Notes: generated by a model not told the origin, from the sequence alone. DNA of 64,000 bases from an uncultured Gemmatimonadaceae bacterium (GCA_963822945.1 CAWGJO010000037.1:1-64000), one strand, 5' to 3'. Counted from the first letter of the stretch, positions 42,751 to 53,076 are shown. A program made the numbers and translations.

Positions 42751-45210
42751 CTATTCCGCCCGCAGCACGGCGTTCGGGTTCACCCGCGTCGCCCGGCGCG
42801 CCGGCAGCAGACAGGCCAGCGTGGCGGCGAGCAGCACCGCGCCCGCCGCCGTACCGAGGGGCAGCGCATTGTGGGCGCCGATGCCGTAGAGCAGGCTCTG
42901 CAACAGGCGACCGCCGGCCAGCGCAGCGACCAGTCCCACCAGCGTCCCCAGCCCCACGGGCGCCAGGGCCTGGCGGGCGATCAACCCGCGAATGGCACCG
43001 GCCGGCGCGCCGAGCGCGAGCCGGATCGCCAATTCCTTGCGGCGCTGCGCCACGTTGTGGGCCACCAGCGCGTACACCCCGATTGCAGCGAGCAGCAGCG
43101 CCAGACCGGCAAAGGTCAGGAGCAGCGTGAACTGATAGCGCTGCGGCGCCGTCGCCGTGTTCCGCAGCGCGTCCAGGGGCCCGATCTCGGGAATCGGCGC
43201 GTTCGGCGCCAGCTTCCAAACCGCCGCGCGCAGCGGGCCCGCGATCGCGCTCACCGGGAGGGAGGTCCGCAGCACCAGGGAGAACGAGCCGGGATCCCAG
43301 TTCCAGTATGGCTCATACAGCACCGGAGGCGCGGCCGAGGTGAGGGTGCCGTCCAGGACGTCGGCCGCCACGCCCACGATCTCCGCCGTCGCATCGTTGA
43401 CCACGATGGGCTGCCCCACCAGGGTGCGCGGGTCGCGGCCCGGCCAGAGCATCCGTGCCGTCGCCGCGGATATGACCACCGTCTGGTGCATTCGCTGCCT
43501 GGCGGAGTCGGACTTGGGGGGCCAGCCCGCCGGTCGGTCGCTCTCGCGGAAATCCCGCCCCGCGATCATCGGAATCTTCATCGTCGCGAAGTACCGGCCG
43601 CCGATGAATCGCACATTCACACCGGGCTGCTGCCCCGTGGGATATCGCTTGCCCGGCACTCCCGCGAAGTCGATCCAGGTCTCGCCCTGCAGCGGCAGGT
43701 GCGAGGTCAGCCCCGCGGCCTGCACGCCCGGGATCGCCTCCACCGCACCGGTGATCTGCTGCAGGATCCGGTCGCGCCCCGCGGCGTCGTAGCTCCAGGT
43801 CACCACGCGCGCCTCGACCGCCTGCGCGCTCGAGAATCCGACCGGCCTGGTCATCAGCTGGTAGAGGCTGAGACCGAGCAGCCCGGCCGCGGCCATGAGC
43901 AGCGTCGTGAGCGCCGCCTGCAGAGCGATCAGTCCCTGACGCGAGCGCACGCTCGCCGGGCCCGAGGTGGTGGCCGTGGCCGTCGCCTTGAGCGAATCCT
44001 GCGGATCGCCGCGTCCCACACGCAGTGCCGGCAGCAATCCGGTGAGCAGTCCGGAAATGGCCGAGAGGAGCAGTCCGACCGCCAGCACGCGCCAGTCGAC
44101 GTGCACCTGGGCCAGCCGCGGAATGTCCGCGGGTGCGAGCGCCAGCAGCCCCCGGAGGCCGATCGCCGCGAACGCCATGCCGGCTATGCCGCCCACCAGC
44201 CCGAGCGCGAGCCCCTCGCCCAGCACCTGCCGCGCCAGCCGTGTCGGGTCCGCGCCGAGTGCGATCCTGATGGCCCAGTCCCGCCGGCGGTCGACGACAC
44301 GGCTCACCCAGAGGCCGCCAAGGTTGACGCTGATGATCAGAAGGACGGCGCCCACCGCACCGAGCAGGAGCCAGAGCGCCTGCCGGGAGCTCTGCGTGGC
44401 GTAGACGAGCACTGGCATGACCTCGCCCTCCAGGGTCATGCCGGGCGCGGGGTCGGGTGCATTGGCCGCCAGGTTCCGCTGAATCACGTTGATCTGGGCC
44501 AGCGCCTGTTCGACGGTGACGCCCTGCTTCAGCCGTCCGATGACGGTGTAGTTGAAGTTCGACCACACCGACTTCAGGTCGGTGCCGAGGTTCGGCGAGA
44601 ATGCGAAGGGGAGGAAGAATTCGGTCGGCTTGCCGGCCGTCATCGGTCCCAGCACGCTGCCCGCGAAGCGAAAGTTCGCCGGCAGAACGCCGATCACGCG
44701 CGCTTCGTGTCCCGGCGCTCCCACCATGCGCCCGACGATCGTGGGATCGGCGTCGAAGGCCGACCGCCAGAGCGCGTCGGTGATCACCATCGGGCGGCTG
44801 CTGTCGCCGGCATCCGCGGCAGCGAACAGGCGTCCGATCTCCGGTTTCGCCTTGAGGACGTCGAAGAAGCCGGCGGTGACCCGCACGCCATCGAGTACGC
44901 GTGGCGCGCCGTGTCCGGCGAGCGTGAACGACGTGCTCTGCAGCGCGGCCATTGCCTGAAAGTCCGTGGCCTGCGACTGCCACGCCGTGAATGCCGAGGG
45001 GGTATCGAAGAAGTGGAACTGCGCGGACTGCTGCGGTCTGTTCGGAACGCTCTCGCCCACGAGCACGAGCTGCTGCGGGTCGGGGAACGGCAGCGGGCGA
45101 AGCAGCACGCCGTTCACCACCGAGAAGATGGCCGTGGTGGCACCGACTCCGACGGCCAGCATCGCCACCGCCAGGACGTGAAACGCAGAAATCCGACGCA
45201 ACATTCGCAT
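42751..45210 (-). CDS. ADOP-family duplicated ABC permease
   Basis: GATTAIFSVVNGVLLRPLPF, ELAIRLALGA, VNPNAVLRAE. Confidence 0.9.
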   Translation of the reverse strand: MRMLRRISAFHVLAVAMLAVGVGATTAIFSVVNGVLLRPLPFPDPQQLVLVGESVPNRPQQSAQFHFFDTPSAFTAWQSQATDFQAMAALQSTSFTLAGHGAPRVLDGVRVTAGFFDVLKAKPEIGRLFAAADAGDSSRPMVITDALWRSAFDADPTIVGRMVGAPGHEARVIGVLPANFRFAGSVLGPMTAGKPTEFFLPFAFSPNLGTDLKSVWSNFNYTVIGRLKQGVTVEQALAQINVIQRNLAANAPDPAPGMTLEGEVMPVLVYATQSSRQALWLLLGAVGAVLLIISVNLGGLWVSRVVDRRRDWAIRIALGADPTRLARQVLGEGLALGLVGGIAGMAFAAIGLRGLLALAPADIPRLAQVHVDWRVLAVGLLLSAISGLLTGLLPALRVGRGDPQDSLKATATATTSGPASVRSRQGLIALQAALTTLLMAAAGLLGLSLYQLMTRPVGFSSAQAVEARVVTWSYDAAGRDRILQQITGAVEAIPGVQAAGLTSHLPLQGETWIDFAGVPGKRYPTGQQPGVNVRFIGGRYFATMKIPMIAGRDFRESDRPAGWPPKSDSARQRMHQTVVISAATARMLWPGRDPRTLVGQPIVVNDATAEIVGVAADVLDGTLTSAAPPVLYEPYWNWDPGSFSLVLRTSLPVSAIAGPLRAAVWKLAPNAPIPEIGPLDALRNTATAPQRYQFTLLLTFAGLALLLAAIGVYALVAHNVAQRRKELAIRLALGAPAGAIRGLIARQALAPVGLGTLVGLVAALAGGRLLQSLLYGIGAHNALPLGTAAGAVLLAATLACLLPARRATRVNPNAVLRAE

Positions 45211-45236
45211 GCTCCCTCTTCCGAGAATTGGCCCCA

Positions 45237-45264
45237 GTACGGGCGCGATCGCGCGGCAGTTTCA
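45237..45264 (-). promoter_or_regulatory. Putative ECF-type promoter
   Basis: Minus strand TGAAAC-N17-CGTA about 27 bp before the permease ATG. Confidence 0.35.
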
Positions 45265-45408
45265 GGCCGGGCTGGTGCCGGATCGCGGGGTCCGGGATTG
45301 CCGGGCTGGCGGGCGCTCCCGAGTGTCCGACAGCACTCGGGAGCGAAAGGTTTGATTCCGGGGCGGTGCGGTGGTCGTCGGCTGGTCCGGGGCCTGGCCG
45401 CCCCAATT

Positions 45409-47913
45409 TCACTCAGCGCCGAGCGTACTCGCCGGATCGACATGAGCGGCTCGGGCCGCAGGCGCATATGCGGCGACGCCGGCGGTAACGACCAGCGCCA
45501 CGACCACGCCGGCGAACGTCAGCGGATCCGTCGTGCGCACCTCGTACAGCACCGACCCGAGTAACCGCGTTCCTGCGTAAGAGAGCGCCGTCCCGACAAC
45601 GATGCCGAGTGCCAGGATATACGCCGCCTGCCGCACGATCAGCGCCCGCACCTCGGCCGGCGTCGCGCCGAGCGCGATTCGGATGGCGATCTCTCGCCGA
45701 CGCTCGCGGACCGCCGCGGCGAGCAGTCCGTACAGGCCGACGGCCGAGAGGAACAGGGCCGCACCGGCCAGGGCAACGAGGGTGTCCGCCAGAAAGCGTG
45801 GCCTGGAGAGCTGTTGGCCGACCAGCGCACCGCCGGTGGTGACGTCGCGGATACCGAACGACGGGTTGCTATGGCGGAGAATACGCTTGAGCGGTGCGAG
45901 CGCGACGCTCGGGTCGTCGCCGCTGGTCCGTACGGCGAGGAACATCGGGGCCGCTGCCGTTTGCCGCACGGGCACATAGACCGTGGGCTCGGGCGGGGAC
46001 GTGACGCCTCGGAAGCGCGTGTTCGCCGCCATGCCGATCACGGTGCGCCAGGGTTGGGTGCTGTCCGACGGATTGAGCCGCACCCGGAGCCCGATCGGGT
46101 CGCGTCCCGGCCACTCTCTCCGGGCGAATGCCTCGTTGACCACGGCCACGGCCGGCGCGCCGGCGCGATCACCCGCCGCAAAATCCCGCCCTCGGAGCAG
46201 GGCAATGCCCATGGTGCGGAAGTGCGAAGGGAGCCCTGCCTGCCACGCGACGCGCGGCAATTGCGACGTGTCGCGAGCCGTCGCGCCACTGGCGACAACC
46301 GGCAGCTCGTATGCCGTGCCGGACAGCGGCCGCACGAGGAGTGTGGTCACGCCGACGATCCCGTGCACCTTCGGAAGTTGGGACGACATGGCGTCGAGCA
46401 CGGCGTCGTACCGGGCTGCGCCCAGCGCCCAGCTCTGCGTATGCGCGTCGAAGGGCGTCATGTCCTCGAGCCCGACAACGAGCAGCGACTGCGGCGTGAA
46501 CCCAAGGTCAACCCGCTGGAGGCGGTCGAGGCTTCGCGCCAGGAGGCCGGCGCCCGTGAGCACGACGACGGCCAGCGCGACCTGCGCGGCGACGATCAGC
46601 CGCCGACCGCGCTCCTCGTGGCGGCGGCCGCTGATCCTGCTGCCCCCGGTGCGGAGGCCGACCTCGGGATCCGACCGCGTGGCAAGGAGCGCGGGGGCGA
46701 AACCGAACGCGAGCACGGCGGCGAGCGTGAGCGCCACGGCGAAGGCGAGCACCGGAAAGTCGAGGCGGATGCCTGCGGGAGGGAGGAGCCCCGATGGTGC
46801 TACGCGTGGCGCGATTCGCAGTAGTGCGACCGCCATCCACACGCCCAGCGCTCCCGCGCTGGCGCCGAGCAGCGCGTGTTCGGTGAGCAATTGGCGGATG
46901 AGCCGGCCGCGGCCGGCCCCCAGCGCCGACCGGAGGGCCAACTCGGAACGCCGCGCGAGGCCGCGCGTCACGAGCAAACCGGCGGCGTTGGTGAGCGCGA
47001 TCAACAGCACGAGCGCCACCGCAAGCGAGAGAATCACGAGCGCGGGTCGCACATTCCCGACCACGCGTTCCGCGAACAACTGGGCGTGCGCGACGCGAGC
47101 AGTGGAGTCACCGAGCGATCGGGCCGGATAGCGCTCGAGGTAGCTCGCGAATGCGGCACGTGCCTGCGCGAGTGTGACGCCCGGGCGCAGTCGAGCCACG
47201 ACTTGCGTGGGGAACCCGGCGTCGGGGCCGGGCGCGCCGGGGAACATGCGCTCAACCGGAGCCATGGCCACCCAGACGTCGGTTCCAGCGGGATAGTCGA
47301 AGCCCGCCGGCGCGACGCCGACGATGGTCTCCGGTCCGTTGATCATGGCAATGGACGTTCCGATCACCGAGCTGTCGCCGCCGAAGTCGCGTTGCCACGC
47401 ACGGTAGCTGAGGACCACGGATGGGCCTGCCCCCGGCGCATCGTCGGCCGAACTCAGCAGACGGCCGGCGGCGGGGAGCGCGCCGAGGACGGGGAAGAAC
47501 TCGCCGCCGACGAACATCGCCGTCACCGGGAACAGCCGATCGCCGAAGCGCGCCGCGAACGGCACCGTTCCCTGCAGGGCGATGGGAGCGACTCGCGCGA
47601 ACGCATGGCTCGATTCGGCGAGGCTGGCCACTCCGGAACTCGGCAGGCCGATGGGCGTGTTGCCCCGGGCGGCGTTGGTGGCCGAGAGGACGACGACTCG
47701 GTTCTGATCGCGAATGGGGAGCGGGCGTAGGAGGACCGCATCGATGACACCGAACGCAGCGGTCGTGGCGCCGATCCCGATGGCCAGCGTCAGCAGCAGG
47801 ACGAGGGTGAGGCCGCGGCTCTTGAGCAGTATCCGGACGCCGAAGAGAAGATCGTGGCGCAGTGCATCGAAGTGTCGCGGGCGGTTCTGCGGCGTAGCGG
47901 AATTCTTGGGCAT
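45409..47913 (-). CDS. ADOP-family duplicated ABC permease
   Basis: DLLFGVRILLK, VLLRPLP, EIAIRIALGA, VDPASTLGAE. Confidence 0.9.
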   Translation of the reverse strand: MPKNSATPQNRPRHFDALRHDLLFGVRILLKSRGLTLVLLLTLAIGIGATTAAFGVIDAVLLRPLPIRDQNRVVVLSATNAARGNTPIGLPSSGVASLAESSHAFARVAPIALQGTVPFAARFGDRLFPVTAMFVGGEFFPVLGALPAAGRLLSSADDAPGAGPSVVLSYRAWQRDFGGDSSVIGTSIAMINGPETIVGVAPAGFDYPAGTDVWVAMAPVERMFPGAPGPDAGFPTQVVARLRPGVTLAQARAAFASYLERYPARSLGDSTARVAHAQLFAERVVGNVRPALVILSLAVALVLLIALTNAAGLLVTRGLARRSELALRSALGAGRGRLIRQLLTEHALLGASAGALGVWMAVALLRIAPRVAPSGLLPPAGIRLDFPVLAFAVALTLAAVLAFGFAPALLATRSDPEVGLRTGGSRISGRRHEERGRRLIVAAQVALAVVVLTGAGLLARSLDRLQRVDLGFTPQSLLVVGLEDMTPFDAHTQSWALGAARYDAVLDAMSSQLPKVHGIVGVTTLLVRPLSGTAYELPVVASGATARDTSQLPRVAWQAGLPSHFRTMGIALLRGRDFAAGDRAGAPAVAVVNEAFARREWPGRDPIGLRVRLNPSDSTQPWRTVIGMAANTRFRGVTSPPEPTVYVPVRQTAAAPMFLAVRTSGDDPSVALAPLKRILRHSNPSFGIRDVTTGGALVGQQLSRPRFLADTLVALAGAALFLSAVGLYGLLAAAVRERRREIAIRIALGATPAEVRALIVRQAAYILALGIVVGTALSYAGTRLLGSVLYEVRTTDPLTFAGVVVALVVTAGVAAYAPAARAAHVDPASTLGAE

Positions 47914-48069
47914 GGGCCATCCCCACGTGAAGGACGACTGTGCACAAAATCGTATGCGCTGCACAGCATACGAGTTCGCCGCGTCGATCGCCAGGTGCGG
48001 CTGGAGTCGCGGGCCGGCCCTCGATTGTCGCGGAAGTGGCAGCGTGGGTTACAACGAGCCCAGTTGTTC

Positions 48070-48116
48070 GTTATAGAAGACGACTGTATGTTATAAAAGA
48101 CGTTCGTCTCTTATAC
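48070..48116. promoter_or_regulatory. Three-box operator upstream of the HTH gene
   Basis: GTTATAGAAGACG (48070), GTTATAAAAGACG (48090) and inverted CGTCTCTTATAC (48105). Confidence 0.65.
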
Positions 48117-48141
48117 AACACACTCCGTCCAACCATCACCC

Positions 48142-49131
48142 ATGCGACCACCCGCCAAGCACCAGAGCGCCCGGCGCTATCCGCTGAACGCCATGCTCGG
48201 CACTGAAGCGAACGTCCGTCTGCTCCGGGTGCTGTTCGCGGCCGGGGATGAGCCGCTCGGGGCCGGTGAGTTGGCCCGCCGAGCGGCGCTCGGCCGCACG
48301 TCCATCTACAAGGCATTGCGCCATCTGGAGGAGGCCGGGATCGTGAGCCACGTCGGCACCGGGGCCCAGCGTCAGATCCGCATACGGGACGAGCACCCGT
48401 TGGTGCCGGTGCTGCATGCGCTGTTCGAGGGGGAGGCGTCGGTGTTCGACGGATTACTCGCCGCGCTACGTGAGGCCGCGGCGAAGGTCCCCGACGCTAC
48501 GTCGGTCTGGCTCGAAGGGCCGGTCACCACCGGCACGGATGCTCCGGATGAACTGGTGACGTGCACCGTGCTCGGAACGTCCGATGCCCTGCCACGCCTC
48601 ACGGCCGGACTCCGGGACGCCTTCGCTCCGATCGAGCGTGCCTTCGACGTGACGATCTCCATCCATGGCACGACGCGCGCGGAGTTGGCAATGCGATCGG
48701 GGGGCGGTGTGCGCGCGCTAAGCGACGCCATTCTGCTCGCGGGCACGCCGCCCGCGGCGTTTCACGCCGCGACCCGATCGCAGCCTGCAAAGCGCCGGCA
48801 CGTCGGGGCACACAGTGACCTCGACACGCAGGCCGTGGCACTCGGTGCCGCGCTCGCGAAGCTGATCAGGCGCGATCCCGGCCTCGTCGATCGTGCGCGG
48901 CGCGACGTCGAGCGCCGCATGCGGCGTGCGTCACCGCGCGAGCGGCACGAACTCGAGGAGTGGTCCCAGTTGCTCCGTAACACGTCTCCACACCGCCTTC
49001 GCGCGCTGCTCATCGATCCGGGGGAACGCATGACGCGACTGCGGCAGACGCTGCCGTTCATGCGCGTGCTTGCAGCAGACGAGCGCGCGAGTCTGGCGAA
49101 GCTGACGCGAGAGGTGAGGGGCAAGGAATGA
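48142..49131 (+). CDS. wHTH + degenerate nucleotidyltransferase-like + helical domain protein, putative antitoxin
   Basis: ELARRAALGRTSIYKALRHLEEAGIV HTH; SVWLEGPVTTG resembles a decayed MNT motif; C-terminal RLRQTLPF. Confidence 0.6.
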   Translation: MRPPAKHQSARRYPLNAMLGTEANVRLLRVLFAAGDEPLGAGELARRAALGRTSIYKALRHLEEAGIVSHVGTGAQRQIRIRDEHPLVPVLHALFEGEASVFDGLLAALREAAAKVPDATSVWLEGPVTTGTDAPDELVTCTVLGTSDALPRLTAGLRDAFAPIERAFDVTISIHGTTRAELAMRSGGGVRALSDAILLAGTPPAAFHAATRSQPAKRRHVGAHSDLDTQAVALGAALAKLIRRDPGLVDRARRDVERRMRRASPRERHELEEWSQLLRNTSPHRLRALLIDPGERMTRLRQTLPFMRVLAADERASLAKLTREVRGKE

Positions 49132-49682
49132 CGCGAGATCAGTTGGAGCACGCGATCCGCGCGGCCTGCGACGTCGCCGAAGACACCGAAGTGTTCGTCT
49201 TCGGTTCACAGGCGATCCTGGGGCAGTATCCCGATGCGCCGGAGGCGCTGCGGCAGTCCGCGGAGGCGGACATCGCGCCGGCGCATGCCGCCGGCAACGT
49301 CGATCTGATCGATGCGATGCTCGGCATGGAGTCCGCATTTCACGCGCAGTTCGGCTTCTACGTGCACGGCGTGCCGATCCAGGCAGCGGTACTTCCCGCT
49401 GGTTGGGAGCGGCGAGCCGTGGTAGTGCAGAACGCGAACACGCGTCACCTGATCGGGCGCTGTGTCGAAGCCCATGATCTTGCGGCTAGCAAGCTGGTCG
49501 CATTTCGGGAAAAGGACCGGGATTTCGTCCGGGTGCTGCTCGGCGAGGGGTTGGTTCAGGCGCGAAAGCTCAGGTTGCGGATCACGCAGCTTCCGGTAGT
49601 GCCGGGACGGTTTGGTGAGGAACAACGGGCGCACCTGATGGAATGGCTGCGGGGCACGAGCGGCGAACCGGGGCGGGGCTGA
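49128..49682 (+). CDS. Nucleotidyltransferase-fold protein (DUF6036-like), putative toxin
   Basis: MTRDQLEHAIRAA, FGSQAIL, SAEADI, DLAASKL..REKD; ATGA overlap with the HTH gene. Confidence 0.7.
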   Translation: MTRDQLEHAIRAACDVAEDTEVFVFGSQAILGQYPDAPEALRQSAEADIAPAHAAGNVDLIDAMLGMESAFHAQFGFYVHGVPIQAAVLPAGWERRAVVVQNANTRHLIGRCVEAHDLAASKLVAFREKDRDFVRVLLGEGLVQARKLRLRITQLPVVPGRFGEEQRAHLMEWLRGTSGEPGRG

Positions 49683-49888
49683 CGGGCACCGGGGCGTTCT
49701 CCTCGACCACGGCACCGTGCATCATGAACTTGGGCGGTAGCCTGCCAACTGCGCTCGGCGCGGCGAAGGCACGTCTGCCGCACGCGGCATTAGCGGTCCG
49801 CCACGGCTCCGTTTGTCATCAGCGCAAGTCGAGGCCGACCGGTGGTTCCGCTTCGCCGACCCGTCACTCCCACCGCGCCAACCATATC

Positions 49889-51571
49889 TCAGCGGCGCAC
49901 GAGCACCCCCGCATCGTGCACGATGCGGCCGCCGAGCACGGTGAGGACGCTGGTGATGCGGGGGAGCTGGGCGGCCGGGACAGTGAGCGGGTCCGCCGAA
50001 AGCACCGCGAGGTCGGCCAGCATGCCGGGGGCGAGCATGCCGCGCTCGGCCTCGCGTCCCTCCACATAGGCGCCGCCACGCGTATAGGCGAGGAGCGCCT
50101 GTTCGCGTGTGAGCGCCTGATCCGGACGGAACGGGTCGCGGATGGCGATCATCATGTTGAGCCACGGGCTCGCCTCGGGGCCGCCATTCGTGTCGGAGCC
50201 AAGCGCGTGGAGGACTCCGGCGTTCAGCAGGTTGCGCAGCGGCTGATAGACGGCACGCCGTTCGGGTCCCAACCGCACTTCCAATGTGCTGTCGGCGGTG
50301 TGCAATGGGTTCTGGGTCACGACCACCCCCAGCCGTTTCGCGATCGGGATGAGGTCGGGCATGAGCCCGTCGCCATGCTCCATGCGCACCCGCTTGGCGC
50401 GCCACCGTTCGGCGGGGGCCAGCGCCTGCATCGTATGCAGCACCAGCGCGGCGGTGGAGTCGCCGGCCACGTGCAGCGCCACCGACACGTTGGAATCGAG
50501 CACATGGCGCAGGATGCGCCGGATGGCGTCGGGCGAAAAGTTGACGGTGCCATACCAGCCCGGGGTCTGCGCGTACGGAGCGCGCAGGGCCGCGTTTCGA
50601 TCGGGCTGCGTGCCGTCGAGGATCCACTTCATGCCGGCCACCCGCACGAGCGGCGACGTGGGCCGCGGCCAGGGATGCGCCCACGCTTCCGCGACGTCCT
50701 TCTTCGGAAGGTACAGGCGGTAGAGGGTCCACCGCAGGGGCGCGTTGGCGGCGTCGAGCGCCGCGACCAGCCGGTCGAACGCGAGGGGCTCGCCCATGGT
50801 GTGCACGCTCGTGACGCCCCACGCCGACTCCTGCTCGGCGTACCGGCGGAGCGCCGCCACCGCCGAATCCTGCGGCAGGTTCTGCCGCAAGTGCGCCGCG
50901 GCATTCCAGATTGAGTATTCGTACAGGCGGCCGTTGAGGCGGCCGGTGGCGGGATCCCGTCCCAACCTTCCCCCGTCGGGCGCGACCGAGCGGTCGCTGA
51001 ACCCTGCTGCGCGCAGCGCCGCCGAGTTCATGATCACGCCGTGTCCGGTGAAGTACGCGAGCTCGACCGGGTTGTTCGGTGCAACGCGATCGAGCCAACT
51101 GCGATCGATGGCCGAATCGTCCAGCACGAGGGGGCCGATCTCTGCCGCAATGAACTGCCCGGGGGCGGCGCGGCCGACGGCAGCGCGAAGGGCGGCCTCC
51201 AGTTGTTGCGGGTTCGGTCCGGGGTCCGGCGGGCCTTGGGGCGGGAGCGTGAGTACGCCCGGAATGGGGATTGCCGGATGCATGTGTGCGTCGGTGAGCC
51301 CGGGAACGACGAACCGCCCGCCGAGCGCGATCCGGCGGGTGTGCGGGCCGGCCAGCCGTTCGATCGTCGAGTCCGCGCCGACCGCTTCGATGCGGTCGCC
51401 GCGAATCGCCACGGCCTGGGCCCAGGGATGTGTGGAGTCCGCGGTGAACACGCGGCCGCCGGTGAGCAGAAGGTCCGCCGGCTGCTGCGCACCGGCAATG
51501 GCGGGAGTGGATGCCGCGAGGGCAATCAGGGTGAGAACCACCGGGAGTGCAGAACGCGGGAACCGGGCCAT
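49889..51571 (-). CDS. Secreted amidohydrolase-3 (YtcJ-like)
   Basis: PGLTDAHMH, KWILDG, HVAGD, RMEHG, LGSD, GMLADLAVLS. Confidence 0.9.
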   Translation of the reverse strand: MARFPRSALPVVLTLIALAASTPAIAGAQQPADLLLTGGRVFTADSTHPWAQAVAIRGDRIEAVGADSTIERLAGPHTRRIALGGRFVVPGLTDAHMHPAIPIPGVLTLPPQGPPDPGPNPQQLEAALRAAVGRAAPGQFIAAEIGPLVLDDSAIDRSWLDRVAPNNPVELAYFTGHGVIMNSAALRAAGFSDRSVAPDGGRLGRDPATGRLNGRLYEYSIWNAAAHLRQNLPQDSAVAALRRYAEQESAWGVTSVHTMGEPLAFDRLVAALDAANAPLRWTLYRLYLPKKDVAEAWAHPWPRPTSPLVRVAGMKWILDGTQPDRNAALRAPYAQTPGWYGTVNFSPDAIRRILRHVLDSNVSVALHVAGDSTAALVLHTMQALAPAERWRAKRVRMEHGDGLMPDLIPIAKRLGVVVTQNPLHTADSTLEVRLGPERRAVYQPLRNLLNAGVLHALGSDTNGGPEASPWLNMMIAIRDPFRPDQALTREQALLAYTRGGAYVEGREAERGMLAPGMLADLAVLSADPLTVPAAQLPRITSVLTVLGGRIVHDAGVLVRR

Positions 51572-51654
51572 CGGCCGCTCCGTGTCGAGGGTGAGGAGGG
51601 GGGCGGGTTGAACAAATTGTCGGATTACCGCGGGCCCGAACAAGCGCACGAGGT

Positions 51655-51770
51655 GCGGAGAAACGGCGCGAGCCGCGCACCCTTGCCGGCAATCGTGCCG
51701 CGCGCCTGAAACCGTGGCTCGGTCACTTCCCACGCGGCCTTCAGACATGCACACGTCCCCGGCCCGAGGG
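51655..51770 (-). pseudogene. queG: queG 3' fragment, decayed
   Basis: Translates ..DVC..LKAAWEVTEPRFQARGTIAGKGARLA; aligns with the 53230-53465 copy (shared CGCGCCTGAA). Confidence 0.55.
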
Positions 51771-51845
51771 GTGTGATCTTCCGTGCGCTCGCGCGAATCA
51801 CATGTTGAGACCAGCAACGACCCGTCGTGAGCGGAACGGAGGCAC

Positions 51846-52355
51846 GTGCAGACACCGGGAGCCGAGAGCGAGTTCACCACCTTGCTGGACGCCCACAAGG
51901 GGATCCTCTACAAGGTGGGGAACGCGTATGCCACCAACGCGGAGGACCGCGCCGATCTGATGCAGGAGATCGCCGCGCAGTGGTGGCGCTCGTTTCCGCG
52001 CTACGACCGCCGGTTTCGCTTCTCTACATGGGCCTACCGCATCGCACTCAACGTGGGGATCTCGTTCTGCCGGCGCGAACGCCGAAGGGAGCGGACCTAC
52101 GTCGAGGCCGGCGACTCGGTGCTCGAAATCGTGGGGGATGATCCCCGAGTCTCTGCAGACGACGGTCGGGTGCGGGCATTGCACGGGTTCATAGCCACGC
52201 TGCCACCACTCGACCGGGCGCTCATTCTCCTGTATCTCGACGGCCATCGGTATGACGAGATCGCCGAGGTGCTCGGGATTTCCGTGAGCAACGTTGGCAC
52301 ACGCTTCGGGCGCATCAAACAGAGACTTCGCGGCGAGTTCTCCGCGGCAACTTGA
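51846..52355 (+). CDS. ECF RNA polymerase sigma factor
   Basis: DLMQEI, FSTWAYRIALNV, LYLDG..YDEIAEVLGIS.SNVGT. Confidence 0.9.
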   Translation: MQTPGAESEFTTLLDAHKGILYKVGNAYATNAEDRADLMQEIAAQWWRSFPRYDRRFRFSTWAYRIALNVGISFCRRERRRERTYVEAGDSVLEIVGDDPRVSADDGRVRALHGFIATLPPLDRALILLYLDGHRYDEIAEVLGISVSNVGTRFGRIKQRLRGEFSAAT

Positions 52356-53076
52356 ATGGGAGACGACATGGAACTGGACGACTTGAAGCGAAGGTGGGAG
52401 GAACAGGACCGGAAGCTGCAGGCGTCGCTGAGAATTCAGCGACTGAGTCTGCGCGAACTCGGCCGGGCCGAGGCGGCGATGGGGCGTCTGACACTCGGGC
52501 TCGAATTCGAAGTCGCGCTCGCGACGCTGTTCGCCGTCGCGCTCGGGTCCTTTGCGGCGAGCCACGTCGCCCCGCTCCGCGTATTCGCCTCCTCGATGGT
52601 GGTGGACCTCTACGTGCTCGCACTCGGCGCACTCGCGGCGCGGCAGATCTTCGCCATCCGCAGGCTCGACTGGTCGCGGCCCGTGACCGCCATACAGACC
52701 AGGCTGGAGTCGTTGCGGCTGGAACGGGCCAGAACCGCGTTGGCGGCCGTGCTGGTGGGAACCCTCCTCTGGATTCCGGCCGTCGCGGTCGTGGTGGCGG
52801 CGGTTGCCGGGGTGGACCTCTATGCCCGCGTCTCGCCGGCTTGGCTGGCGGCGAACTTTGCCTTCGCAGCCGGAGCGATCGTGGCGGTTCTATGGTGGGC
52901 CCGGCGCCGAGCGGCAAGGGGAGCGACGATGAACGGGTGGCTGGTGGCCGCGCTGAGCGGCACCGAGCCTGCGGTCGGCCCTCACCGTGCTGGCCGAGCT
53001 CCGGGAATTCGAAGGAACGAGCGGTGCACCGGGCACGGACGCCAGCGCCGACGCCGAGGGATGGGGGGAACCGTGA
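52356..53076 (+). CDS. Membrane protein, putative anti-sigma partner (frameshift near 52965)
   Basis: MELDDLKRRW, several transmembrane segments; alternative frame ends SLRSALTVLAELREFE.. Confidence 0.65.

Noticed and set aside
42871..45564. Long antisense ORFs (also 9195-10691, 23700-25715, 28244-30601 and others)
   Set aside because: Shadow ORFs expected from high GC3 codon bias opposite real genes; no recognisable motifs
47985..48015. Inverted queG-repeat copy (CTGGAGTCGCGGG)
   Set aside because: Only a 10-13 bp GC-rich match, in the opposite orientation; could be chance
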